In this document: positions 56,601 through 64,000 of the stretch, piece by piece
How positions within the stretch are numbered: the stretch's first letter is position 1
Layout of the letters: each line of letters starts with the position of its first letter
Program-made: the position numbers and the translations under genes
Assembly: GCF_902652985.1 (NCBI RefSeq)
Contig: NC_047016.1
Location: forward strand, 3,844,001 to 3,908,000
DNA length: 64,000 bases
Source: Pecten maximus
Taxonomy: Eukaryota
Direction: 5' to 3'
Notes under the pieces: generated by a model
What the model was told of the DNA's origin: nothing
Database searches by the model: none
The model's input: only the letters and a program-made list of their open reading frames with translations

Positions 56601-59600
56601 ATCTTTCGTGAAAATGTATCCATCATCGACGCACATGTCTAATAGCCCGGATGTACCGGAAACTGTTCTCACGTGTATCCGCGAACTAAAAATAAACACA
56701 AACAAGCAACAGTCTATGACTTCTATCATCGAATTTAACATTATTTCTAATAAACTGTGAAACTACTATCAGTTTGGAACCGATTGTAAATACTGATTAA
56801 GTAAAATGTCGATTAACTATATTGAACAAATGTGTGTTGTCTTACGTAGCGCGGCACTGATTTGAAGAATTTTTCTATTCCCCGAGGATTTCAATATAAC
56901 AGGGTTCGACTGTATATATATCAATAATGCTGGGGGATAAAATATTTGTATATATATATATATAACGAAAACGTTCAAGCTGATGAACGAAATCATCTAC
57001 AAGATAAGTACTATTATACATATCGGAATGGATACTTTCTGTCATGGCCCTCATAGTCATTCATACATAGACATACAATACACCATACCTACAGTAAATA
57101 TAACTAAATATGGTTGTTCTTATCAGATAGATCTGGATCAGATACATGTTGATTTTCTGATATATTGGTTAATAGCATTTTTAATAGCGTGGTAATTCCG
57201 GAAATAAGTATGGACATTGCATTTTCCCTTAAATTCTTCAAGCTATAGGCCTATATGGAATTATCATTTTTAACAATGTTATCAACAAATGGTGCCCCTT
57301 TCATGGACCATGCTTTATTACAGATATTTTTTTTTATTAAATTTAATTTCACAATTAGACCATGTTGGATTTTCGAGGATATTTGTTCTGCATATTTTAC
57401 TTGCAATAAATGTTGTATACTAAGCTTCAAAAACACTTTCCCACAATATGTTTTTACCAATTTTTTTTATTCCAATATTTGCTTGCATTTGTTTATAAAA
57501 ACAATAATAAGCCTCCAATTTCCTAATTCATTATACACTTGTTATAAAGTTGTTTAAGGGCTGTTATGAATGATTTTGAATGTATCATTTTTAGTCCCCC
57601 TCTGTATAAATTTAAATCCCGTTTTTAACTGTATCAGGTTAACACAGATATTCGTACAATAAATCCTTATTTTAGATAGAAGTCGTAAGGATTAGGAAGA
57701 ACAAACGACTAGACTGTGATATAACTGTTTATAACAAATACTTTACTAATGGGTGTGAGTTTTCTCCTATTCCACATAGATATCAAATACTGTACTAATG
57801 GGTATACGTTTTCTTCTATTCCACATAGATATCAAATACTTTACTAATGGGTATACGTTTTCTTCTATTCCACATAAATACCAAATACTTTACTAATGGG
57901 TATACGTTTTCTTCTATTCCACATAAATACCAAATACTTTACTAATAGGTGTACGTTTTCTTCTATTCCGTATAAATAACAAAACCTTTTTTTTGTCAAA
58001 ATTCATTGAGTTATTTTATGATTGTGTAAATCATATTCAATGCCCAACAGAGTAATATTTTTACATCCCCAATTTAGGTCAAAATTAGTAGTCATTATTT
58101 TCACTGAATTTTTTCTACTGCCAATCCACACAACCTGGGTCTTAATGAAGTTCGTTTCTAAACAAAGATATGTGCAAATTATGTGATATTATTTCATGTT
58201 AGTTCTAAAAAGATTATTTGAACCATCTAAAATAAAAGACGTGTTTTCGGCATATTATGATAACAGTATTTCCTGTAGTAGTGAATGCTTTGTTATCGTT
58301 ATTGTTTATTAAATCATTGACAAAATTTCTACACATAGATAAAGATATCACAAGAAATAGGGGTCCCCCTGACGACCACCGCGTCCAGTCGTGAAAAAAA
58401 TCCCTCTTTGTTTACTGATGCCTTTGTATTGTTCTGTATGGTATTGTTTTATCCATTTGATAACGTTTGGGACAAAATTAGATAAGTTCAGAGTTTTTGA
58501 TATAGCGTTCCAGAACACTGAGTCAAAAACTTTTCCAAATTCAATTAAAAGTGAAATTCCAGGTAAATTGTTATTTTCTGTATACTGCATAATGACATAG
58601 ATTAAACGTGTGTTTTCCCATAACTTTGTTTCATCTATGCACTTGAGTAGATGAGCACAGACTTAACTGATGACTAAATGTAAAGAGAGGCAAATGCTGT
58701 TGTGTTTAATAATTAACATTGTGCCTATAGTTATTGGATTTCTCTAAAAATATACCTTCCAGAAATCTGACCATTAGAAAACAAACATTTCTTGTTCATT
58801 ACTCAAAATTGGGTTCCAAATAATTATAAAATATATTGGTGTAAAAGAATCGGAAGTGGTTCATAACAAAACATATGACAACAAAAATGCACCTCAAAAT
58901 TTAAACATTGTTTTATCTTTAAGATTGCGTTGCATATTCATTGTGCAATAATTTCCTACATATTTGGGCTCATGATTTACAGCGAATCATACTCTTAGAA
59001 AAATAAGAACATTTGACAGCTAAAAGCATTGTTTTGATATTTTTAGGATAAAAAAGTGAACGCTGTGGTACACATCTGATTAGCAAAACTATGTATGCCT
59101 TTGCGCATGCTCAATGGGACTTTTTTTAAACATATTTTATCCATTGTTTCTAAGATTGCTACAAATAACACCTGGTTTTGGTCAAATAGGTTCATAATTT
59201 CCTTTTTCCTGTAACATGTCTTTACAAGAAGACTTGGTCATACCCTTCTTTCCTTCCGATTAACAATATAATGGCTTTAACTCACAGATCTATCAGACTT
59301 AAAAAACTATAAAAAGAGAAAGCAATATGTTTTGGCTTTTGACGGATAAGTGAGGTGAAGTAAGATTCGAAACGAGTCTTTCATCCACTCTTTGTTTCAA
59401 AAACATTTACATTGTATACCAGGCAAGCAGGATAGGTTGATAGGCAAAAACGATAGTCGTACTTACCGGTACAATTGCTTGATCCCACGTTGGATTGTCC
59501 GATTTTGCACACGGGTTTGTTACCTGTAACAAAATTAATTATACTAGCATAGGTACATTTGAAGTCGAAATTTTTGGAACACCGATTTATCATTCGTATT

Positions 59601-62600
59601 CTCTAGTTGTGGATTCAAAATACAATATTTCGACTACTGTAAATAAATTATATTTCCAGTGGGATTTATTTTTGAGCTATCTTGAGGGGAGAGTCAATCG
59701 CGAATTCAAACCCTTCGCGATTATCTAAATATTCCAGCGTTTCGACAGCACAGCGGGGATAATTTTCTTTAAACATCGCATGACTATTTTGTTAAAATGT
59801 CTGTGGGGGCGAGAACATGTGTACGTTCTCGGGTACACGTGTCTGTAGGGTCACTTTATACTTGTTTCACTTGTTTCTAGTTTATCTATATGACGGTCAT
59901 AAAATATCTTTTCCTGATAACGCGGGTCCAGCATTACCCCTAGATCCACCTGTAATGATGTAATTGGTGTCCTGTCTTTACATACAGGTTTCCGGGGGCT
60001 ATATCCGGTTTTCCCGGGCGCCAGGTGCGAACTGATGATGGGGATAGTATGTTTACTGTGATATTAAAATACCATGTCCATCGATATCATAGCAGTTATA
60101 ATAGTCAGAGGAGCGAGCTAGTGTCAGATATGTATATATATATGTGTGTGTGTATTTTATTAAACGCTGTGTGCTACACGGGCACGCTAGTACAACAAAT
60201 ATATATTTGCTCTTTGAGTTGACCTTTGGGGAGTAGTGGAGGGATGACTTGTACGAAAATATCACCCTTGGCTGGCGACTAACCTAGAGGTTACTGATAT
60301 ATTAGTCTTGCGGAGTCCATAATTCAAACAGATCACCATTCGAAAATTCGAATTCATTTCTATATCCATGATATCGGCGTTCACGAAATTATGTATCCGT
60401 GAGAGTCTTAATGGCTTACAACATTTGAAGGTTTGATTAATATCATGTAGATGTAGGTAGTAAGCAAAATGATAATTACACTTTAACAACTCAACGGCAC
60501 GGTAGTCCATATGGCATCCTGGTGTTCTTTAAAAACCTTACCGGCACAGTAGGCCATATGGCATCCTGGTGTTCTTTCAAAAACTTACCGGCACAGTAGG
60601 CCATATGGCATCCTAGTGTTCTTTAAAAACCTTACCGGCACAGTATGCCATACGGCATCCTAGTGTTCTTTAAAAACCTTACCGGCACAGTAGGCCATAT
60701 GGCATCCTGGTGTTCTTTAAAAACCTTACCGGCACAGTAGGCCATATGGCATCCTGGTGTTCTTAAAAACTTACCGGCACAGTAGGCCATATGGCATCCT
60801 GGTGTTCTTTAAAAAAACTTACCGGCACAGTAGGCCATATGGCATCCTGGTGTTCTTAAAAAACTCACCGGCACAGTAGGCCATATGGCATCCTGGTGTT
60901 GTTTAAAAACCTTACCGGCACAGTAGGCCATATGGCATCCTGGTGTTCTTTAAAAAAACTTACCGGCACAGTAGGCCATATGGCATCCCGGTGTTCTTTA
61001 AAAACCTTACCGGCACAGTAGGCCATATGGCATCCCGGTGTTCTTTAAAAACCTTACCGGCACAGTAGGCCATATGGCATCCTGGTGTTCTTTAAAAACC
61101 TTACCGGCACAGTAGGCCATATGGCATCCTGGTGTTCTTTAAAAAAACTTACCGGCACAGTAGGCCATATGGCATCCCGGTGTTCTTTAAAAACCTTACC
61201 GGCACAGTAGGCCATATGGCATCCCGGTGTTCTTTAAAAACCTTACCGGCACAGTAGGCCATATGGCATCCCGGTGTTCTTTAAAAACCTTACCGGCACA
61301 GTAGGCCATATGGCATCCTGGTGTTCTTAAAAACTTACCGGCACAGTAGGCCATATGGCATCCTGGTGTTCTTTAAAAAAACTTACCGGCACAGTAGGCC
61401 ATATGGCATCCTGGTGTTCTTAAAAAAACTCATCGGCACAGTAGTTTTTAGAGCAGTGGTTTTCTTAAAAAAAAAAAAAATTACTGGCACAGTAGGCCAT
61501 ATGGCATCCTGGTGTTCTTAAAAACTTACCGGCACAGTAGGCCATATGTCATTCTGGTGTTCTTAAAAAAACTTATCGGCACAGAGGACCATATGGCATC
61601 CTGTTGTTCTTAAAAAACGTACCGGCACAGTAGGCCATATGGCATCCTAGTGTTCTTAAAAAACTCACCGGCACAGTAGGCCATACGGCATCCTAGTGTT
61701 CTTTAAAAAAAACTTACCGGCACAGTAGGCCATATGGCATCCTGGTGTTCTTTAAAAAAAACTTACCGGCACAGTAGGCCATATGGCATCCTGGTGTTCT
61801 TAAAAAAACTCATCGGCACAGTAGTTTTTATAGCAGTGGTTTTCTTTAAAAAAAAACAAATTACCGACACAGTAGGCCATCTGGCATCCTGGTGTTCTTA
61901 AAAACTTACCGGCACAGTAGGCCATATGTCATTCTGGTGTTCTTAAAAAAATTTATCGGCACAGAGGACCATATGGCATCCTGTTGTTCTTAAAAAACGT
62001 ACCGGCACAGTAGGCCATATGGCATCCTGGTGTTCTTTAAAAAAAACTTACCGGCACAGTAGGCCATATGGCATCCTGGTGTTCTTAAAAAACTCACCGG
62101 CACAGTAGGCCATATGGCATCCTGGTGTTGTTAAAAACTTACCGGCACAGTAGGCCATATGTCATCCTGGTGTTGTTAAAAACTTACCGGCACAGTAGGC
62201 CATATGGCATCCTGGTGTTCTTAAAAAACTCACCGGCACAGTAGGCCATATGGCATCCTGGTGTTGTTAAAAACTTACCGGCACAGTAGGCCATATGTCA
62301 TCCTGGTGTTGTTAAAAACTTACCGGCACAGTAGGCCATATGGCATCCTGGTGTTCTAATCAAGTGGTAAACATTAAAACTGCCGCAGTTTTTGACCTGA
62401 ACCTGTTGTGATTTATGACAACATGTCGTTCCTCCGTACACAGCCGGATCAACACCTTGGCCGTAGTTGTAGCACGCCTGTAAGGTGACGGTGGTTCCCT
62501 GGGCGGTAGGAAGCTGGCCGTTTAGCCATATAGGAATCTGTGTACCGCAATGGTAGGTCGGCACACAAGACGTTGGCATGTCACCATTTGTGAATCGGTA

Positions 62601-62716
62601 CCATCTCTGTGGTAGAGCTCGGTCACACAGAAGTCTGTCGGCTGCCTCTGGCTCAAATAATGTACTTCTGTGTTCCTCTGTTATGGTATCGTAGTTCGTA
62701 CACTCATCTGCCCACA
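17443..62716 (-). CDS. Gene B: secreted VWDE-like protein (D8C, Ig-like/beta-rich region, VWD, C8-like, EGF, Cys-rich tail); 19 coding exons found, about 1016 aa; first exon not found
   Basis: Manual splice reconstruction with GT-AG sites and consistent phases throughout; 3050 nt, no internal stop. Confidence 0.88.
18601..18665 (-). mobile_element. tRNA-SINE head fragment (related piece at 42481-42509)
   Basis: B-box-like GAGTTCGAGGCC; shared gacgaaggaagacaacttt..gactcgtg. Confidence 0.5.
19795..20925. repeat. 29-bp minisatellite, about 35 copies, preceded by 3-4 related 31-bp units
   Basis: aatgataagtgattaagggtacctgtgtt. Confidence 0.95.
20939..21053 (-). CDS. Gene B exon (HNTCLIDNVCHFPG..CDP..YTWT, phase 0-1)
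   Basis: ttccag/gtgaat; C.ID..C motif. Confidence 0.88.
21217..21344 (-). CDS. Gene B exon (VSVSTDGNLYS..YDGKCQTC..CTLK, phase 1-0)
   Basis: ttacag/gtaaat; VWDE-type YDxxCQxC motif. Confidence 0.9.
21685..21998 (-). repeat. 20-bp degenerate array resembling the adjacent exon end plus donor
   Basis: Minus unit ttaaaag|gtaaatcagtgaa versus the real junction TTAAAAAAG|gtaaatcaa. Confidence 0.8.
21992..22103 (-). CDS. Gene B exon (VGDGNV..IECSLPESVVLKK, phase 0-1)
   Basis: ttcag/gtaaat. Confidence 0.87.
22198..22303 (-). CDS. Gene B exon (DGLCDIRDRKC..KCRYRKTE, phase 2-0)
   Basis: aag acceptor / gtgagc; GLCD.R..C motif. Confidence 0.85.
22797..23065 (-). CDS. Gene B exon with EGF domain (CPNQCSRRGTCHEGTCACKTGYTGNDCS, phase 0-2)
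   Basis: ttcag/gtaggt; tenascin-type EGF Cys spacing. Confidence 0.92.
23321..23487 (-). CDS. Gene B exon (FPTPSGITES..ACVNDMM, phase 1-0)
   Basis: tccag/gtaatg; PTPSG.T and CV.D motifs of VWDE. Confidence 0.9.
23560..24252. repeat. 41-bp minisatellite, about 17 copies
   Basis: taagtactctggactgagatataacaccaccactacagcct. Confidence 0.95.
24555..24657 (-). CDS. Gene B exon (QCGNTPC..ESKIRRDVTS, phase 0-1)
   Basis: ctatag/gtacct; bridges the phases; basic KIRR site. Confidence 0.72.
24700..24990. repeat. 33-bp degenerate minisatellite, about 9 copies
   Basis: aaaacaatgaatttacagcaatacaccaggtat. Confidence 0.88.
25833..26065. repeat. 29-bp minisatellite, about 8 copies (2 more units at 25090-25140)
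   Basis: aaaccaataaactatactgttattgggtt. Confidence 0.88.
26250..26800. repeat. 31-bp minisatellite, about 18 copies
   Basis: atattgttgtcatactaacatactatacgat. Confidence 0.93.
26828..26966 (-). CDS. Gene B exon (LNPGASMF..YCQC..NNPLAH, phase 2-0)
   Basis: ttacag/gtaatt. Confidence 0.83.
27253..27479 (-). CDS. Gene B exon, VWD (INFPSGA..GLCGTYDNNPAND..HTW, phase 0-2)
   Basis: ttacag/gtaagt; GLCG motif. Confidence 0.92.
27845..29206. repeat. 30-bp GC-rich minisatellite, about 45 copies
   Basis: gggcggagggatacatcgtcccaagtatgt. Confidence 0.96.
29250..30440 (+). mobile_element. Very decayed LINE RT remnant
   Basis: CCFID, DD..I.AETPKGL..LLD.L, ILNYGCEIWG remnants. Confidence 0.5.
30441..30846. 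repeat. 49-bp minisatellite, 8 copies
   Basis: ttacattagataatatgtagatatgttgtctacactatgtggcgtacgt. Confidence 0.95.
31090..33468. repeat. 33-bp minisatellite, about 70 copies, carrying TGACGTCA
   Basis: ggtgacgtcaggtgacgatgttatacaaaataa. Confidence 0.96.
33678..33869 (-). CDS. Gene B exon, VWD (VQIRTWGC..CICSVIAREGNDVVEVDMC..GKQFN, phase 0-0)
   Basis: ctatag/gtgggt; VWDE-type VWD motifs. Confidence 0.9.
34540..37048. repeat. 22-bp minisatellite, over 110 copies
   Basis: gtgtacactgtagatatataag with central palindrome GTGTACAC. Confidence 0.96.
37267..37330 (-). CDS. Gene B exon (RNIAVHEVGDAILFQSLIRPFE, phase 2-0)
   Basis: tgtag/gtaagc; bridges the phases exactly. Confidence 0.85.
37776..37892. 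repeat. About 115-bp imperfect palindrome (foldback/MITE-like)
   Basis: ttatcatttttatccaactctcgttagtta...taactaacgagcgttggataaaaatgataa. Confidence 0.85.
38931..40905 (+). mobile_element. Internally deleted Academ-like DNA transposon
   Basis: TIR TAGTACAGCAG (38931-38941) / CTGCTGTACTA (40895-40905); NIDHNPSATTA..GTGISLFQH, QPLYAIAKQIQW, VVMFGGLH, and C-terminal Cys cluster ELIHCGCKAGCRQACKCEKSSLPCTC. Confidence 0.78.
41242..41466 (-). repeat. 58-bp array: exon 3' end plus donor, 3 extra copies
   Basis: GTAAG donors at 41420, 41362, 41304 and 41246. Confidence 0.95.
41421..41497 (-). CDS. Gene B exon, VWD start (ITSIDRPHGKCTTSGDPHVYQIDSS, phase 0-2)
   Basis: ttacag/gtaagg; C..GDPH motif. 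Confidence 0.9.
41560..41941. repeat. 24-bp minisatellite, about 15 copies
   Basis: tgtagaacatctcgccctgtatat. Confidence 0.92.
42236..42429 (-). CDS. Gene B exon (DVSTTSCTYNL...VTATRDFVKDGNK...WDGYKIKPVE, phase 1-0)
   Basis: atcag/gtattt; RDFxxDG and WxxY motifs preceding the VWD domain. Confidence 0.87.
42510..43530 (+). mobile_element. 5'-truncated Penelope-like element: GIY-YIG endonuclease plus 3' region
   Basis: CKMQYVGETS..RINNHR..PVARHF..RERYWITNLQTCYPRGMN; hammerhead-like core at 43467-43493. Confidence 0.85.
43985..44763. repeat. About 28-bp AT-rich minisatellite, left part
   Basis: tgtatttatctgtgatattttgtatata. Confidence 0.93.
44764..47196 (-). mobile_element. 5'-truncated CR1/L2-clade LINE (RT domain and 3' UTR), recent but inactivated
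   Basis: NYRPISL, QSGF, DISKAFDRVWH, GVPQGSILGPLLFLVYIND, LFADDT, CSCG..HFLFMC; two frameshifts and one stop; tcttt repeated at both junctions. Confidence 0.95.
47197..47582. repeat. About 28-bp AT-rich minisatellite, right part
   Basis: Same unit as 43985-44763. Confidence 0.93.
48065..49041 (-). repeat. 70-bp array: exon 3' end plus donor, 13 extra copies
   Basis: Unit ..atgatggccagtactgatccgtccg|gtaagagatggagggattacttaatatac..; donors every 70 bp from 48097 to 49006. Confidence 0.96.
49007..49151 (-). CDS. Gene B exon (VHNNSITVDEKG...ESTVPIIC...TDPS, phase 0-1)
   Basis: ttttag/gtaagg; STVPIIC motif as in VWDE-like proteins. Confidence 0.88.
49320..51570. repeat. 15-16-bp minisatellite, about 2.2 kb
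   Basis: tgtatacccatact(t) variants. Confidence 0.96.
51688..51777 (-). CDS. Gene B exon (LQCTVRSYHTNTPGVKSPSLQSNEFWAGIR, phase 0-0)
   Basis: ttacag/gtatgt; not in the ORF track. Confidence 0.85.
51820..52615. repeat. 30-bp minisatellite, about 26 copies, with near-perfect core
   Basis: acagtgagtaacttctgtttgagtataatc. Confidence 0.96.
52760..53049 (-). CDS. Gene B exon (DLYPKMTHAP...GHMGTT, phase 1-0)
   Basis: ttttag/gtaagt; FPC..AFEVTW motif. Confidence 0.88.
53380..54560 (+). mobile_element. Decayed LINE apurinic-endonuclease region
   Basis: VTET, DRIGGGISVY, ECIWIEI, IGLFYR.PNS, IVIAGDFNA, KPSWMSNEI, KWWK remnants. Confidence 0.75.
56065..56912. mobile_element. Non-autonomous Tc1/mariner-pogo-type element (MITE)
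   Basis: TIR CAGTCGAACCC / GGGTTCGACTG flanked by TA on both sides. Confidence 0.85.
57735..57980. repeat. About 49-bp minisatellite, 5 copies
   Basis: caaatactttactaatgggtatacgttttcttctattccacataaatac. Confidence 0.88.
58050..58620 (-). mobile_element. Decayed L1/Tx1-like RT fragment
   Basis: LLIEFGKVFDSVFW, GRGGRQGDP, YAENTS remnants. Confidence 0.65.
59467..59523 (-). CDS. Gene B exon (GNKPVCKIGQSNVGSSNCT, phase 1-1)
   Basis: ttacag/gtaagt; paralogous to 2221-2277. Confidence 0.88.
60495..62358 (-). repeat. 45-49-bp array: D8C exon 3' end plus donor, about 39 extra copies
   Basis: Minus unit agaacaccaggatgccatatggcctactgtgccg|gtaag(g/t)tttttaa. Confidence 0.97.
62324..62716 (-). CDS. 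Gene B exon, D8C/UMOD-like domain (phase 1-1)
   Basis: WADEC..LLCDRALPQRWYRF..HCGTQIPIWLNG..CHMAYCA; ttcag/gtaagt. Confidence 0.93.
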
Positions 62717-63169
62717 CTGAAGCAGAGGATACATTGGGTAATGAACGAGTTATCTTATGCATTCAAAATAAACCGGAGCTCCCGACTTTTGATGTAACAA
62801 GAATCACGAATAAACACATTGAACATTGATAAACAAGTAGGTAGTGTACATAAAGCAGCTATTGATATAAAATAAAACTGCATCAGACAGCCGTTTTATC
62901 CTTCTAAGACTTTAAGGTATCGAAATGATTTGGGTTTGTTTGATATATTAAACATTTTACGTATCCAGAAAAATTCTCTGAGATGAAAAAAATGTTTAGG
63001 ATCTCATGAGGTGACTTATGATAATTTCGTTTTCTGTCATACATAAAAGAAAACTCATAATTATTGATGAATTTTTCACATATCCGCATACTCTTACTAC
63101 ATTTGTACCAATGAAAATCATGCAATTGTGTTTCGTGTGTCTTTGGACAATATTATGAAATCACTAGTT

Positions 63170-64000
63170 GGTAACTTTAAACAATCCTATGATTTCTTCA
63201 GGTAATAACTTTAAACAGTCCTACGTGATCGTTAGGTGGTAGCGTTGGTCAGTCCTAGGCGATCGCTAAGTGGTAATTTAGACAGTCCTATGATATCGTT
63301 AGGTGGTAACTTTGGTCAGTCCTAGGCGATCGCTAAGTGGTAATTTAGACAGTCCTATGATATCGTTAGGTGGTAACTTTGGTCAGTCCTAGGCGATCGC
63401 TAAGTGGTAATTTAGACAGTCCTGTAATATCGTTAGGTGATAACTTTGGCCAATCCTAGGTGATCGCTAAGTGGTAATTTTGGACAGTCCTGTAATATCG
63501 TTAGGTGGTAACTTTGGCCAATCCTAGGTGACCTCTTAGTGGTAATTTTGGACAGTCCTACGTGATCGTTAGGTGATAACTTTAGACAGTCCTGGGTGAT
63601 CGCTAAGTGGTAATTTAGACAGTCCTATGATATCGCCAGGTGATAACTTTAGACAGTCCTGGGTGATCGCTAAGTGGTAATTTAGACAGTCCTATGATAT
63701 CGCCAGGTGATAACTTTAGACAGTCCTGGGTGATCGCTAAGTGGTAATTTTAGACAGTCCTGTAATACCGTTCGGTGGTAGTTTTAGACAGTCCTGTAAT
63801 ATCGTTAGGTGATAATTTTGGTTAATCCTGTAATACCGTTAGGTGGTAATTTTGGATAGTCCTGTAATATCGTTAGGTGGTAACTTTGGCCAATCCTAGG
63901 TGACCGCTTAGTGGTAATTTTGGACAGTCCTATGATATCGTTAGGTGGTAACTTTGGTCAATCCTAGGTGACCGCTAAGTGTTAATTTTAGACAGTCCTA
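63170..64000. repeat. About 33-bp degenerate satellite with alternating dimer structure, running off the right edge
   Basis: Alternating ..cagtcctatgatatcgttaggtggtaactttgg.. and ..cagtcctaggcgatcgctaagtggtaatttaga.. Confidence 0.88.

Noticed and set aside
48065-62358. CRISPR-like appearance of the regular arrays
   Set aside because: No unique spacers, no cas genes, eukaryotic spliced-gene context
62717-64000. Signal-peptide exon of gene B, or the ATG at 62762 as start
   Set aside because: MHKITRSLPNVSS is not signal-like and precedes a clear acceptor aligned with that of gene A; no convincing first exon inside the window

Overview
AT-rich eukaryotic (animal, probably bivalve mollusc; taxon is an inference from gene and repeat content) genomic DNA, not prokaryotic. 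The window holds two tandem paralogous minus-strand genes for VWDE-like proteins (D8C/UMOD-like Cys domain, VWD, EGF). Gene B could be reconstructed by hand as 19 phase-consistent coding exons from 62716 down to the stop at 17443 (3050 nt, about 1016 aa; its first exon was not found). Gene A shows its first three exons at 3421-2221 and runs off the left edge. The introns and intergenic DNA hold decayed Gypsy, CR1/L2-like, L1/Tx1-like, Penelope, piggyBac, MULE, Academ and Tc1/pogo-type elements, SINEs, and about 20 unrelated minisatellites. The most striking observation is that four separate exons of gene B are followed by tandem arrays whose repeat unit is that exon's own 3' end plus its GT splice donor (about 39, 13, 3 and about 12 extra copies).
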